Source: Candidatus Multivoradales bacterium
GTDB lineage: Bacteria > Acidobacteriota > Thermoanaerobaculia > Multivoradales > Multivoraceae
Length of the DNA: 64,000 nt
Reading direction: 5' to 3'
Assembly (NCBI GenBank): GCA_965223325.1
Contig: CBDCWI010000002.1
Location: 3,232,001 to 3,296,000 of the forward strand
In this document: positions 29,846-38,953 of the stretch, piece after piece
Position numbering within the stretch: the first letter of the stretch is position 1
Layout of the letters: every line of letters begins with the position of its first letter
Program-made: the position numbers and the translations under genes
The notes under the pieces: model-generated
The model's input: the letters and a program-made list of their open reading frames with translations, nothing else
Database searches by the model: none
Told to the model about the DNA's origin: nothing

Positions 29846-31345
29846 ATGGCAAGTTTTCCTCCCCACCAATCTCGGCTGAGAACTGCCGCTCGGACAGCGC
29901 TGTACGGCAGCCTGATCCTCGTCGGCCTCACCGCCTCGAGTCTCTTGCCTCTGACGCGCACGACCTTGCGGGCCGCGGTCGACTCTGGGTGGTACGCGGT
30001 GGCCTGGGAGGACCTGCCCGAGGTCGAGCGCTTCCAGTCGCTCCTCCAGATCGACACGACGCCGAGCGGGTCCGAACTCGCTGCTGCGGAGTGGTTGGCC
30101 GGCGAGCTCGAAGCCGTCGGTATCGAGACCCACATCAAGCCGATGCCCGGCCATCGAGCAAATTTGTGGGCGATTCTCGAGGGCGAGGACCGGCAAGCCA
30201 TCGTGCTCGCCAACCACCTCGACACCGAACCGGTGATCTCGCCCGAGGCATGGGTTCACCACCCGTTCTCAGGCGCCATCGACAAGCCCTGGGTGTACGG
30301 CCGCGGCGCCTTCGACATGAAGAGCGTCACCATCGCTCAGCTCGAAGCCATGCTCGCCGCGAAGAGGCGAAGTGACGAGATCGGTCGACTTCCCTCCAGG
30401 TCTCTGATCTTTCTCGCCACCAGCAGCGAAGAGACCGGTAGCGACCTCGGGGCGCCGTACCTGCTGGCGCAATACCCCGAGCTCACCGAACGGTTTGGGG
30501 CCGTGCTTACCGAAGGCGGCGTCTTCGAAGGGACCGAGCGCGGCAAGACCAAGTACTGGGGACACTCCTTCGCGCAGAAGAAGTTCGTTCAGGTCTGGGC
30601 TTGTAGCGCCAATCGTGAGCGCCTCGAAGACTTCGTCGAGGACATGAGGACCATCGGCCGCTCGGGAGTCCCCCGCAAGCCGACCCCTGAGGTGCTCACC
30701 TTCATCGAGCGCTATCGAGACACGCGTCAGAATCCCACTCACCGGCGGGGGCTCGAACAGGCGGGAATCCTGTGGCGCGATATCAAGCGATTCGACAAGC
30801 TCCCGCGCTACCAGAAGGCCCTCTTCCGTCCCGAAGCGGCTGTTTTTCCGGTGGTCGAACACGCACCCGGCGAATATCGCGTCCGCGTCTCGGTGCATGT
30901 TCTTCCCGGGCAGTCCGCAGACGAGGCAGTCGAGAGCCTGGTTCCAGAATGGGCGACCTGGGGACTCGCCCTCGAGATCGAAGACCCTGGTGTCGCGCCA
31001 CATGGCAGCCCCTGGAGCGGCGAAGTCCCCGAGGCCATCGAGAGGGCGATCGAGAACCGCTACGGTCCGGTGCCGCAGGGACCCTACTTCTTGTCGTTCT
31101 ATGCCAACGACTCACGCTTCTACCGCGCCGATGGGATTCCGTCTTACGGGTTCACACCGTTCCAGCTGATGTCCACCGACTCGCTGCGCATGGGGATGAC
31201 CAACGAGCGCCTCTCGCTGCCGGAGTTTGCCGAGGGCGTTGCGCTCTATCGCCAGCTGATTCTCGACCTGCTCGATCTCGCGCCGTCGGAATCACCGCAA
31301 GAAAGCTGGCCTCCCGGACCAGCTGACAAACAAGGCACGAGTTGA
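29846..31345 (+). CDS. M20 family metallopeptidase with N-terminal membrane anchor/signal
   Basis: NHLDT, YGRGAFDMKS, SEETG, TEGG, NDSRFYR and NERL motifs. Confidence 0.88.
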   Translation: MASFPPHQSRLRTAARTALYGSLILVGLTASSLLPLTRTTLRAAVDSGWYAVAWEDLPEVERFQSLLQIDTTPSGSELAAAEWLAGELEAVGIETHIKPMPGHRANLWAILEGEDRQAIVLANHLDTEPVISPEAWVHHPFSGAIDKPWVYGRGAFDMKSVTIAQLEAMLAAKRRSDEIGRLPSRSLIFLATSSEETGSDLGAPYLLAQYPELTERFGAVLTEGGVFEGTERGKTKYWGHSFAQKKFVQVWACSANRERLEDFVEDMRTIGRSGVPRKPTPEVLTFIERYRDTRQNPTHRRGLEQAGILWRDIKRFDKLPRYQKALFRPEAAVFPVVEHAPGEYRVRVSVHVLPGQSADEAVESLVPEWATWGLALEIEDPGVAPHGSPWSGEVPEAIERAIENRYGPVPQGPYFLSFYANDSRFYRADGIPSYGFTPFQLMSTDSLRMGMTNERLSLPEFAEGVALYRQLILDLLDLAPSESPQESWPPGPADKQGTS

Positions 31346-31413
31346 GCGTCATTTCTTGTCACTTTCGCGGTCTATGGGCCACCGAAACTCAACAAAACCG
31401 GGCTTTTCCGAGG

Positions 31414-31430
31414 TTGGCATGCAACCTGCT
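31414..31430 (+). promoter_or_regulatory. sigma54 (-24/-12) promoter of the major pilin
   Basis: TTGGCATGCAACCTGCT with GG-N10-GC spacing, about 70 nt before the pilin ATG. Confidence 0.8.
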
Positions 31431-31499
31431 CTATCTGATCTCGAAAGCGAATCGGCGGAATTCCCCATCGGTTCCTATGTCCTGGAGGACTGTTCCACA

Positions 31500-32048
31500 A
31501 TGCTTACCAAGCTCAACAAGCTCAAGAAGCGTGAGGGCGGCTTTACTCTCATCGAGCTGCTCATCGTTGTCGCCATTATTGGCATCATCGCCGCGATTCT
31601 CATCCCCAACCTCATCGACGCCCTGCAGAAGGCGAAGCAGAAGCGCACCGTTTCTGACATTCGCAACACCGGTACCGCGATCATGTCGTTCATCACGGAC
31701 GAGGTCTCGGCTGCCGCAGCTGGCTCGGGCCAGGAGTTCACCTGGACCGCGGCAGGCGCAAGCGACTATGCATCGGTCTTCGCACTCCTCCGCCCGTCGG
31801 ACACCTTCTTCTACATGCAGGACGTGCCTGAGAAGGACGGCTGGAAGGGTACCTACCAGATGTTCATCAACACTGCCGACATCGACGCCGCTTCGGGCGT
31901 TGCCGGTATGCGCTCCAGTGGTCGCGACGGTGAGTTCGGTGCAGACACCTTCACCTCTGGTCCCTTCGACGCGACGGCCTACGCCAGCGACATCGTCTGG
32001 GCCGATGGCTACTTCGTCGCCTGGCCCGGCAAGGCCGACGACAACTAG
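31500..32048 (+). CDS. Major type IV pilin (PilA role; GspG-like globular domain)
   Basis: EGG/FTLIELLIVVAIIGIIAAI prepilin motif, GGAGG SD, own promoter and terminator, and strongly biased codons. Confidence 0.9.
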   Translation: MLTKLNKLKKREGGFTLIELLIVVAIIGIIAAILIPNLIDALQKAKQKRTVSDIRNTGTAIMSFITDEVSAAAAGSGQEFTWTAAGASDYASVFALLRPSDTFFYMQDVPEKDGWKGTYQMFINTADIDAASGVAGMRSSGRDGEFGADTFTSGPFDATAYASDIVWADGYFVAWPGKADDN

Positions 32049-32109
32049 GCCTCAGTTTCTTGATTTGCTGACGAGTCGCGGGTTCAGTCCCGCACTCATC
32101 GAATCGATC

Positions 32110-32143
32110 GGCACCGCGCCTCGGCGCGGTGCCTTTTCTTTTT
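32110..32143 (+). terminator. Intrinsic terminator after pilin
   Basis: GGCACCGCGC-CTCG-GCGCGGTGCC followed by TTTTCTTTTT. Confidence 0.9.
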
Positions 32144-32158
32144 GAATGACGTACCGAA

Positions 32159-32968
32159 TTGCTCGACACACTCCAAGCCATACCGACGGGCTCCCCACTG
32201 TGGGTCTTCGTCCTGCTCTGGTTCACCACCTTTGGACTCCTGATCGGCAGCTACCTGAACGTGGTGGTCTACCGCCTACCGCGGGGCATATCGACCGTGC
32301 GCCCGCGCTCGCGCTGCCCAGGTTGCAACGGTGAGATCCGTTGGTTCGACAACCTGCCCGTCCTCAGCTGGCTCAGGCTCCGCGGCCGCTGCCGCTCCTG
32401 CGGAACGCGCATCAGCCCTCGCTACCCGCTGGTCGAGTTGGCCACCGGCGCCCTGTTCACCGTGTCGGTCCTGCGCTTCGGACTCTCCCCGGGCGCAGTG
32501 CTGGCCGCGGTCTTCTCGAGCCTGCTTCTGGCACTCGCCCTCATCGACGTCGAGTACTTTCTGCTTCCAGACAAACTCACCTACCCAGGCATCCTGGTTG
32601 GTCTGGCGACTTCCTGGGTCTCTCCCATAACGACCCCATCCCAGTCCGCGATCGGAGCTCTCGCCGGTGCTGGCATCCTGCTGGCAATGATTGGCGGCTG
32701 GTATCTGATTCGCCGTGAGCAGGGAATGGGGTTCGGCGATGTGAAGATGCTCGCCATGATGGGTGCATTCCTCGGCTTCCCCGGCATGGTCATGGCGCTC
32801 TTTTTCGCCGCCCTCAGCGGCTCGGTGGCCGGCGTGGCACTCCTGGCGCAAAGCGGGGGAAGCATGAAGCTCAAACTGCCGTTTGGCGTCTTTTTGTCGC
32901 TGGGGGCCCTGATCGCGCTGTTTGCAGGCGAACCCATCCTCGACTGGTACCTGGGATCTTGGCGATGA
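32159..32968 (+). CDS. pilD: Prepilin peptidase (A24)
   Basis: GSYLNVVVYRLP, two CxxC, ISPRYPLVE, LID..LLPD, GMGFGDVK and LPFGVFL motifs. Confidence 0.95.
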   Translation: MLDTLQAIPTGSPLWVFVLLWFTTFGLLIGSYLNVVVYRLPRGISTVRPRSRCPGCNGEIRWFDNLPVLSWLRLRGRCRSCGTRISPRYPLVELATGALFTVSVLRFGLSPGAVLAAVFSSLLLALALIDVEYFLLPDKLTYPGILVGLATSWVSPITTPSQSAIGALAGAGILLAMIGGWYLIRREQGMGFGDVKMLAMMGAFLGFPGMVMALFFAALSGSVAGVALLAQSGGSMKLKLPFGVFLSLGALIALFAGEPILDWYLGSWR

Positions 32969-33034
32969 CGAATCAATCCGCGCTCACCACGCCTGCGGCT
33001 CTCGCGCGGCCGTCTGAATCGTAGAGACCCTCCG

Positions 33035-34861
33035 ATGGAAGGCAAGACCGGCGTGCCCAGCGAACGATCACCCGTGCGCCCGACACGAGGAGTGATTCCC
33101 AAACTCGGGGTGAGGCGAGAGGCCCTGATCCTGCTTCCCGTCGCCAGCCTGGTTCTGATCGGGCTCTCGGCGTTCACACTCTTTTCCTACCGCGCTGCCA
33201 TCGACCGGTTCACCGACGTCGCCAGATCCGACGCCCTAGCCAGCGCCCAGGCACTGGCTCTCGAGCTGAGCGTCGCCACCCGACCGCGCGAGGTCCTCCA
33301 GCGCGCCAAAGTGCGCGTTCCACGGGCTCAGTACGCCGCCATCCTCGATGCTCAGGGCCTGGTCGAGTTCGAAGCCGGGGACAGTGGCCTTGGCAATCCC
33401 TTCGGACTGCTCGGTGGCCCCCCCGGCCGCGCCGTAACGCTAGGGCCCGACGAAGAGACCCTCGGACGCGTGGTGGCACTCTTGCCGATCACCGGCGGAC
33501 GAACCCTCGAACTCGATATCGACGCATCGGTCGTTTTCGGACAGCAACGTGCGCTGCCTCTTCTGACGGTTGTCGTCCTGGCGATCGACGGGGCGCTGAT
33601 GACTCTGGTGCTCTTTTTCCTACGCCAGTGGATGACGCCTTTCGAGACCCTCCTGGCGCGAGCCCGCGAGGTCGCGCCGGGTGAAAACCGGGGCGCAAAA
33701 GAGGACGAAGTGGAGTTCCTGCTCACCACCTTCGATCGCGCGATTGCCTCGATGGTCGACAAGGGCTCGGTCGAGGACGACATCGCATCCCTCCAACGCA
33801 CGCTCTCTCCCAGCTTCTCGAGTGGCCTCCTGCTGCTCTCGAGTGACGGCGCGGTCCTGGCGCTGAACCCGGTTGGGGCACAACTCCTGGCGGTCGAACA
33901 GCCCAGCGTAGAGTGCCGCCTCGAAGAGCTACTCGTCGGGCACGACGCTCTGGTCGAGGTGCTCCAGAAGGCGCTTCGAACCGGCGAGGGCCTGATGCGC
34001 GAGGAATGCAGCGTCACGACGTCGGACGGTGTGCGCCTCCTGGGACTGACGGTCCATCCACTCAAAGGCCAGTCCGAGAACGTCGGAGGCTGGCTGGTGC
34101 TTTTTGCCGACCTGACCGAGGTCGAAGCGGACGCGCGAGAGCAACGCCTCTCGGAGAGTCTTCAGCAGATCGGCCAGCTGACCGCGGGTCTAGCGCACGA
34201 GCTGCGCAACAGCGTCGCCAGTTTTCGCGGCTACCTCCGATTGATCGAGCGTGAGCCGGGCGGTAGCGGCGTGCCTGAGTACCTCGCCGAGTTACGTCAC
34301 GAGTCCGATCACCTACAGCGGGTGCTAGAAGACCTCTTGACCTTCGCACGACCCGGAAGTGCCCGGCTCGAAGAGATCGACCTCGAGCAAGTCATCAGGC
34401 GGGCGACCGCCGACGCTTCCCTGGGACTGCGTGAGCTTGGCGACCCGACCGCCAACGTGTCGGTGGAAAGCCCAGGCACCAGCATCCGCCTGCAGGCCGA
34501 CCCCCAACTCCTCGAACGCGCCTTGCGCAACCTGATCCACAACGCCCTGCGGGCCCAGCGACGCGGCACCTCGCCCGATCGACCGGTGACGGTGCGCCTC
34601 GAGCCAACGAAAGGCCACACCACGCTGCGCATTCAGGACACCGGCCCGGGAATCCCAGAGGAGCTGAGAGAGCGCCTCTTCGTGCCCTTTTCCACCGGCA
34701 GCGCGGATGGCGTCGGTCTCGGGCTCGCCCTCGCCCGCCGGATCATTGATCTACACGGTGGAACGCTCGACCTGGCCGATCGTCCCGAGGGGGGAGTCGA
34801 GGCGGTTGTCAAATTGCCCCGCGGCTCTGGCACCCCTGTTACCAAACGTAGCGCACGCTAA
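33035..34861 (+). CDS. Membrane sensor histidine kinase (PilS/NtrB-like, PAS)
   Basis: Two TMs, H-box LAHELRN, N-box NLIHNA, and G-boxes DTGPGI and GVGLGL. Confidence 0.92.
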   Translation: MEGKTGVPSERSPVRPTRGVIPKLGVRREALILLPVASLVLIGLSAFTLFSYRAAIDRFTDVARSDALASAQALALELSVATRPREVLQRAKVRVPRAQYAAILDAQGLVEFEAGDSGLGNPFGLLGGPPGRAVTLGPDEETLGRVVALLPITGGRTLELDIDASVVFGQQRALPLLTVVVLAIDGALMTLVLFFLRQWMTPFETLLARAREVAPGENRGAKEDEVEFLLTTFDRAIASMVDKGSVEDDIASLQRTLSPSFSSGLLLLSSDGAVLALNPVGAQLLAVEQPSVECRLEELLVGHDALVEVLQKALRTGEGLMREECSVTTSDGVRLLGLTVHPLKGQSENVGGWLVLFADLTEVEADAREQRLSESLQQIGQLTAGLAHELRNSVASFRGYLRLIEREPGGSGVPEYLAELRHESDHLQRVLEDLLTFARPGSARLEEIDLEQVIRRATADASLGLRELGDPTANVSVESPGTSIRLQADPQLLERALRNLIHNALRAQRRGTSPDRPVTVRLEPTKGHTTLRIQDTGPGIPEELRERLFVPFSTGSADGVGLGLALARRIIDLHGGTLDLADRPEGGVEAVVKLPRGSGTPVTKRSAR

Positions 34862-34949
34862 GGAGTTCGAACGCCTGCGCCGACCGGCTCCATCCCCTTC
34901 GCGAGCCTCAGAAGCGCCATCCCAGGGGATTCGCACCCGGCGCTCGGCA

Positions 34950-34965
34950 TGGCACACGGGTTGCT
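34950..34965 (+). promoter_or_regulatory. sigma54 promoter (distal), consensus match
   Basis: TGGCACACGGGTTGCT matches TGGCAC-N5-TTGC. Confidence 0.75.
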
Positions 34966-35303
34966 TCTACTCGGTATGTCCCGCATGTCGACGCCCGCCG
35001 CGCGGTCCTTGGCTCTCCTCGGAAAGAGGGGACACCGACCGCGGAGTCTGCGCAGCGAGCCGAGACCATCTCCTCAGCGGCCCACCTTTCACGCCGTGCC
35101 CTCGGAAATCAGGCGATTTCGGTCGCCTCCAGTACGACCGTGGAAATGCCGGCCTGCCGTCCCAAAGGTCTCGAGGTCTGTGTACCTCGGGGCACCGTTT
35201 TCGACGGATTCGCTACGATTCGTAGCGAATCCCGTTTTCCCGTACCGTCACCCTGGCACACGCGTTTCGACTGCCTCGGCGGGACCATGCGACAATGTAT
35301 TGA

Positions 35304-35320
35304 TTGGTATGCATGTTGCT
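35304..35320 (+). promoter_or_regulatory. sigma54 promoter (proximal) of the minor pilin operon
   Basis: TTGGTATGCATGTTGCT with GG-N10-GC spacing in an AT-rich patch, 38 nt before ATG 35358. Confidence 0.7.
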
Positions 35321-35357
35321 ACGTACTTAGTGCGAGTTATCACCCGGAGACCATGCC

Positions 35358-35912
35358 ATGACCCTGTCCATGCCCGACACCAATCCCGCCCCGCAGAGCG
35401 CCGAGGCCGGCTTTTCGTTGCTCGAGGTCCTCATTGCCTCGGTGATCCTGCTCTTCGTCGCCATTGGCGTCTTGCCGCTCTTCCAGCGCGCCATGGCCAA
35501 CAACACGCAGGGCCGTGAGATCACCCAGGTCGTCCATCGCGCCAAGTCCGAGATGGAGGAGATCATCCAGCTCGACTTCAACGACGCTCTCTTGACCTGG
35601 ACCGGTGCCGACGAGACCGAGATCACTCAGTACTGGGATGACGCCAACGAGGCGTGGATTACGGTCGCAGACCTGACCGCCGTGCCGGATGGCACCGATT
35701 ACACCCGGCAGATCCGCGTCAAGCAGTTCAACCTCGATGAACTGCAAAGCAACGAAACCACGGCCCAGTGGACGGCACTGCCAGCAGACGCACCGCCCAA
35801 CGAGGTCCACCTCAAGCAAGTGGAAGTCGAGGTCGCTGTCCATCGCGGGCGCTCCACCGCCGCCGGCGGCATCGGCCGAAACCTGGTGATTCGTTCGTTC
35901 AAGTCCTTCTGA
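35358..35912 (+). CDS. Minor pilin, PilV-like
   Basis: EAG/FSLLEVLIASVIL prepilin motif and C-terminal LKQVEVEV strand. Confidence 0.85.
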   Translation: MTLSMPDTNPAPQSAEAGFSLLEVLIASVILLFVAIGVLPLFQRAMANNTQGREITQVVHRAKSEMEEIIQLDFNDALLTWTGADETEITQYWDDANEAWITVADLTAVPDGTDYTRQIRVKQFNLDELQSNETTAQWTALPADAPPNEVHLKQVEVEVAVHRGRSTAAGGIGRNLVIRSFKSF

Positions 35913-35959
35913 CCCCTTCCTGCCCATAGCCATCTTTTCTGTTCCGCGGAGCCCCCTTC

Positions 35960-37243
35960 ATGTTCTCCAGAATCAACCAAGCCTCAACACCCGAGACCAA
36001 TTCACCGACGGGCGAACAGGGATTCAGCCTTGCCGAACTGGTCGTCGGCATGTTCGTGCTGACCGAAGTCCTCGTCGTCGTTCTCCTCCTGTTCGATCTG
36101 AACAACAAGGTCTCGCGAGTCCAGACATCGGTCGCCGAAATGCAGCAGTCACAGCGCGTCGCACAGCACGACCTGCTGCGCTTCGTTCGTATGGCGGGCC
36201 GCGGCACGTTGCCGCGATCGGTGGCTGTCAACGTGCGCAACAACGTCAGCGGGCTCGGCCCGGAAAACACCATCGATGGCGCGGTCGGAATCGGACCCGA
36301 GATCGTCGGCGGTACGGACGTGATCATTGTGCGGGGCGTCTTCAGCACTCCGATCTATCAGCTCAACACCGTAGACGAGAACTCATACATCGACGGTGAC
36401 GAAGACAATTCAGACGGCGTGCCCAACGACACCGTTCAGATCACGGTCCAGGCAGCAACGGCGGAAGGCATCCCTCAGTCTCTGGAACCCCTCATCAACC
36501 TGGCCTCCGGCCTTCGCCCTGAAGCGATCGTGTTGACGAGTCCGATCAACGATTCGGTCTACGTCGTCGCCGAGCTGTTGGGCGTCACAATGGACGGAAC
36601 GGGAACGGTAGCGACCCTGTCGATCAGCAAGGAAATCACCAACTCCGGCTTACAGGGCGGCTATCTGACGCTTTCGAGTACACCTGGTCAGTGGCCCGCC
36701 GAACTGGATTCGGCGGCCTTCCTCGGCATCCTCGAGGAATACCGCTACTACATCCAGGAAGACTACGCGATCACTAGCGATACCAGCACCGAGCTCATGC
36801 CCCGCCTGGCGCGCGCACAGTTCTACCCGGCAAGCAACACCCCATGGGCCAACGACCCGCTCAACCTCGACGTCGAGATCGCCGAGAACATCTGGGATCT
36901 GCAAGTCGCAATGGCCGTTGACATCAACGACGACCGCACGATCGACGAAGGTGACGCGGCCACCAACGAGTGGGTCTACGACAGCGGAGGGGTCGAGCCA
37001 GCGACGAACGCCTGGTTCACCGACGCGCATCGCCTCTACTTCTTGAGGATCACCACTCTGGCGCGCAGCCCCGACCCCGATCGAGGCTACGTCGCTCCAG
37101 ATGTCGGGGCCATCGAAGATCACGACTACACGGATCTCTTCGGCTTGCCGAGCGAGCTCGGAACCGCCCAGACTCAGGCCGGTGTGCAGTCGCGTCGCAT
37201 CCGTGAACTCGAGACCATCATCGACATGCGCAACTTGGGCTAG
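35960..37243 (+). CDS. Minor pilin, PilW-like
   Basis: EQG/FSLAELVV, Q..R.A...L.R.VRMAG, IAENIWDLQV and C-terminal I.MRNL motifs. Confidence 0.85.
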   Translation: MFSRINQASTPETNSPTGEQGFSLAELVVGMFVLTEVLVVVLLLFDLNNKVSRVQTSVAEMQQSQRVAQHDLLRFVRMAGRGTLPRSVAVNVRNNVSGLGPENTIDGAVGIGPEIVGGTDVIIVRGVFSTPIYQLNTVDENSYIDGDEDNSDGVPNDTVQITVQAATAEGIPQSLEPLINLASGLRPEAIVLTSPINDSVYVVAELLGVTMDGTGTVATLSISKEITNSGLQGGYLTLSSTPGQWPAELDSAAFLGILEEYRYYIQEDYAITSDTSTELMPRLARAQFYPASNTPWANDPLNLDVEIAENIWDLQVAMAVDINDDRTIDEGDAATNEWVYDSGGVEPATNAWFTDAHRLYFLRITTLARSPDPDRGYVAPDVGAIEDHDYTDLFGLPSELGTAQTQAGVQSRRIRELETIIDMRNLG

Positions 37244-37314
37244 TGGACTCTCCGAGTCTCCCGAGCAACAATCTCGTCAGCCCGAACAGTTCGAAGAAAG
37301 CAGGTTTCGCAACC

Positions 37315-37923
37315 ATGAAGAAATCGTCTCCAGACCTCACCTTGACGGCCCTCGAGCGCTCGCGCGAAGAAGGCAGCGCCTACATCATCACCTTGATGGT
37401 GCTTTTCATTCTCACGGTTGTCGGGCTCTCGCTCACACTCATCACCCAGACCGAGATGCTGGTCAGCTCGACGGAGCGCACCGCGCAGCGGACCTTCTAC
37501 GCAGCTGATTCCGGCATCAACGTTCAGGCCTCGAAGGTCGCGGTCTACAACGACTTCCAACCGCGGACCTATCGGGTTGGTAATCGCCTCGGCTTCGGTG
37601 CCGAAACGGTCTCGACCCCCGGCAGTGGCGGCGGACCTTCCATCGAAACCCTCGCGAGCGGCATCGAAGATCGGGTCGAAGTCTCGCAGGCGATTCCAAT
37701 TCAGCTCACGCCGTGCAACTTCTGCCAGATCAACCAGGACTCCGAGTACTTCGAGATCAACACCCTCATGACCTCGACTGCGACGCGCGTTTCAATCGGT
37801 GACGACGATGTGCCGATGGCTCGCAAACAGATCACTGCCATGGTCGAACTGCAACCCTGGTCGGGTGATCCCGAGGCCTTCTACCTGGCGGATGAAGACG
37901 CCGCCACGGCGATCAAGAACTGA
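37315..37923 (+). CDS. Minor pilin, PilX-like
   Basis: EEG/SAYIITLMVL (no E5) and R...FYAADSGI PilX_N motif. Alternative start GTG 37243. Confidence 0.85.
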   Translation: MKKSSPDLTLTALERSREEGSAYIITLMVLFILTVVGLSLTLITQTEMLVSSTERTAQRTFYAADSGINVQASKVAVYNDFQPRTYRVGNRLGFGAETVSTPGSGGGPSIETLASGIEDRVEVSQAIPIQLTPCNFCQINQDSEYFEINTLMTSTATRVSIGDDDVPMARKQITAMVELQPWSGDPEAFYLADEDAATAIKN

Positions 37924-37991
37924 CCGGGCGCCGGCCGAAGCCCACTGAGAGTCTCGTCGATCGGCGCGCCTTTCTCGCCGCTTCGATTGTC

Positions 37992-38873
37992 ATGACACCG
38001 ATCGACCAGTCAGGCCCCGCGACGAGCGACCCCGGATCAAGGGCGCGCCGGCCGCTGCTGCTCGTTGCCGGGCTCGGCAGCTTGTGGCTAGGCCTGTACC
38101 TGGCCCTGCCCCTTTCCGCCCAGCATTCCGCCCAGCAGAAGGCCACTGAGCCTCCCAGCGAAGCCGTGAGCACTGACGCTTCAGACCAGAATCTCGCGGT
38201 ACGGCATTGGGTCGTCACCACGGCCGGCGACCGCATCGAAACCCGCGGCCCCCATCGCATCGATGGGCGTCGTGTGGTCTTCACCGATATGGAGGGCGCC
38301 CTGCGCTCGATCCGCACCGACAGCGTTGACCTGGCCCTCAGCGGACCCAGGCCCACGGTCGAGGAGCCGCCCCCTCAGCCCAAGACCGACGGCGCAGCAC
38401 CCACGCAGCCTGCCGCCGCCCTCGTCCTCGATGAGCGCACGATCAGCGCCTTCAAGGAAGCTAGTGGAGGAGCTGCCGCCAGCGCAAGAGATCCCGCGAG
38501 CGACGACGCTCCGGGCCGGGCGACAGCCGGAGCGGGCGCCACCGACCGGCAGCCCACAACGGGGAGCGGGGCAAAAGGCGGCCCTACGGACTCCTCTAAG
38601 CGTGCGGCCCTCGAGGTGGCCTCCTGGGACGCCGTCGATTCCGAAGACGCGGAGTCCCTCACGGTCTTTGGAACCCTGCGAAACAAGGGCCCGCAGACCG
38701 CCAAGCGGCCCCGGGTCACCGTTTTTCTGGTCGACGAAAGAGGCGAGCGCATCGCCGAAGCCGTCGCCCGAATCACCCGCCCGGACCTCGGGCCCGGCAA
38801 GACCACTAATTTTCGTGCCCATTTCGGAGGGTTCGTCCCTTACACCAAGATAGAATTCGAGATCACCCAATAA
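37992..38873 (+). CDS. Exported protein: unnamed N-terminal beta domain, low-complexity linker, FxLYD-like Ig domain
   Basis: Signal/TM and C-terminal V.GT.RN.G......VTV.L.D..G.......L.PG....F pattern. Paralog of 39818-40609. Confidence 0.7.
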   Translation: MTPIDQSGPATSDPGSRARRPLLLVAGLGSLWLGLYLALPLSAQHSAQQKATEPPSEAVSTDASDQNLAVRHWVVTTAGDRIETRGPHRIDGRRVVFTDMEGALRSIRTDSVDLALSGPRPTVEEPPPQPKTDGAAPTQPAAALVLDERTISAFKEASGGAAASARDPASDDAPGRATAGAGATDRQPTTGSGAKGGPTDSSKRAALEVASWDAVDSEDAESLTVFGTLRNKGPQTAKRPRVTVFLVDERGERIAEAVARITRPDLGPGKTTNFRAHFGGFVPYTKIEFEITQ

Positions 38874-38953
38874 GCCTGCGGGCACTGCCCAGGGCTTTCG
38901 ATCCTTTGCCTATCCGGATGCGAACCGGCCGAACCCTCATCACAGGAAACGTC

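Noticed and set aside
28504-31345. Apparent ~870-nt head-to-head overlap of the 573-aa and 663-aa ORFs
   Set aside because: Artefact of longest-ORF calling. The real starts (TTG 29619 with SD, ATG 29846) leave a normal divergent spacer. The same applies to the extensions of waaA, accD, tldD/E and the 61042 ORF.
35005-35075. c-di-GMP-I (GEMM) riboswitch
   Set aside because: It has a GAAA-type hairpin followed by GAC, but lacks the GGCAAA and GCAAA conserved segments. Not callable without cmscan.
34949-35518. 189-aa ORF downstream of the distal sigma54 promoter
   Set aside because: Arg/Pro/Ser-rich with atypical codons, and overlaps the proximal promoter and the PilV-like gene.
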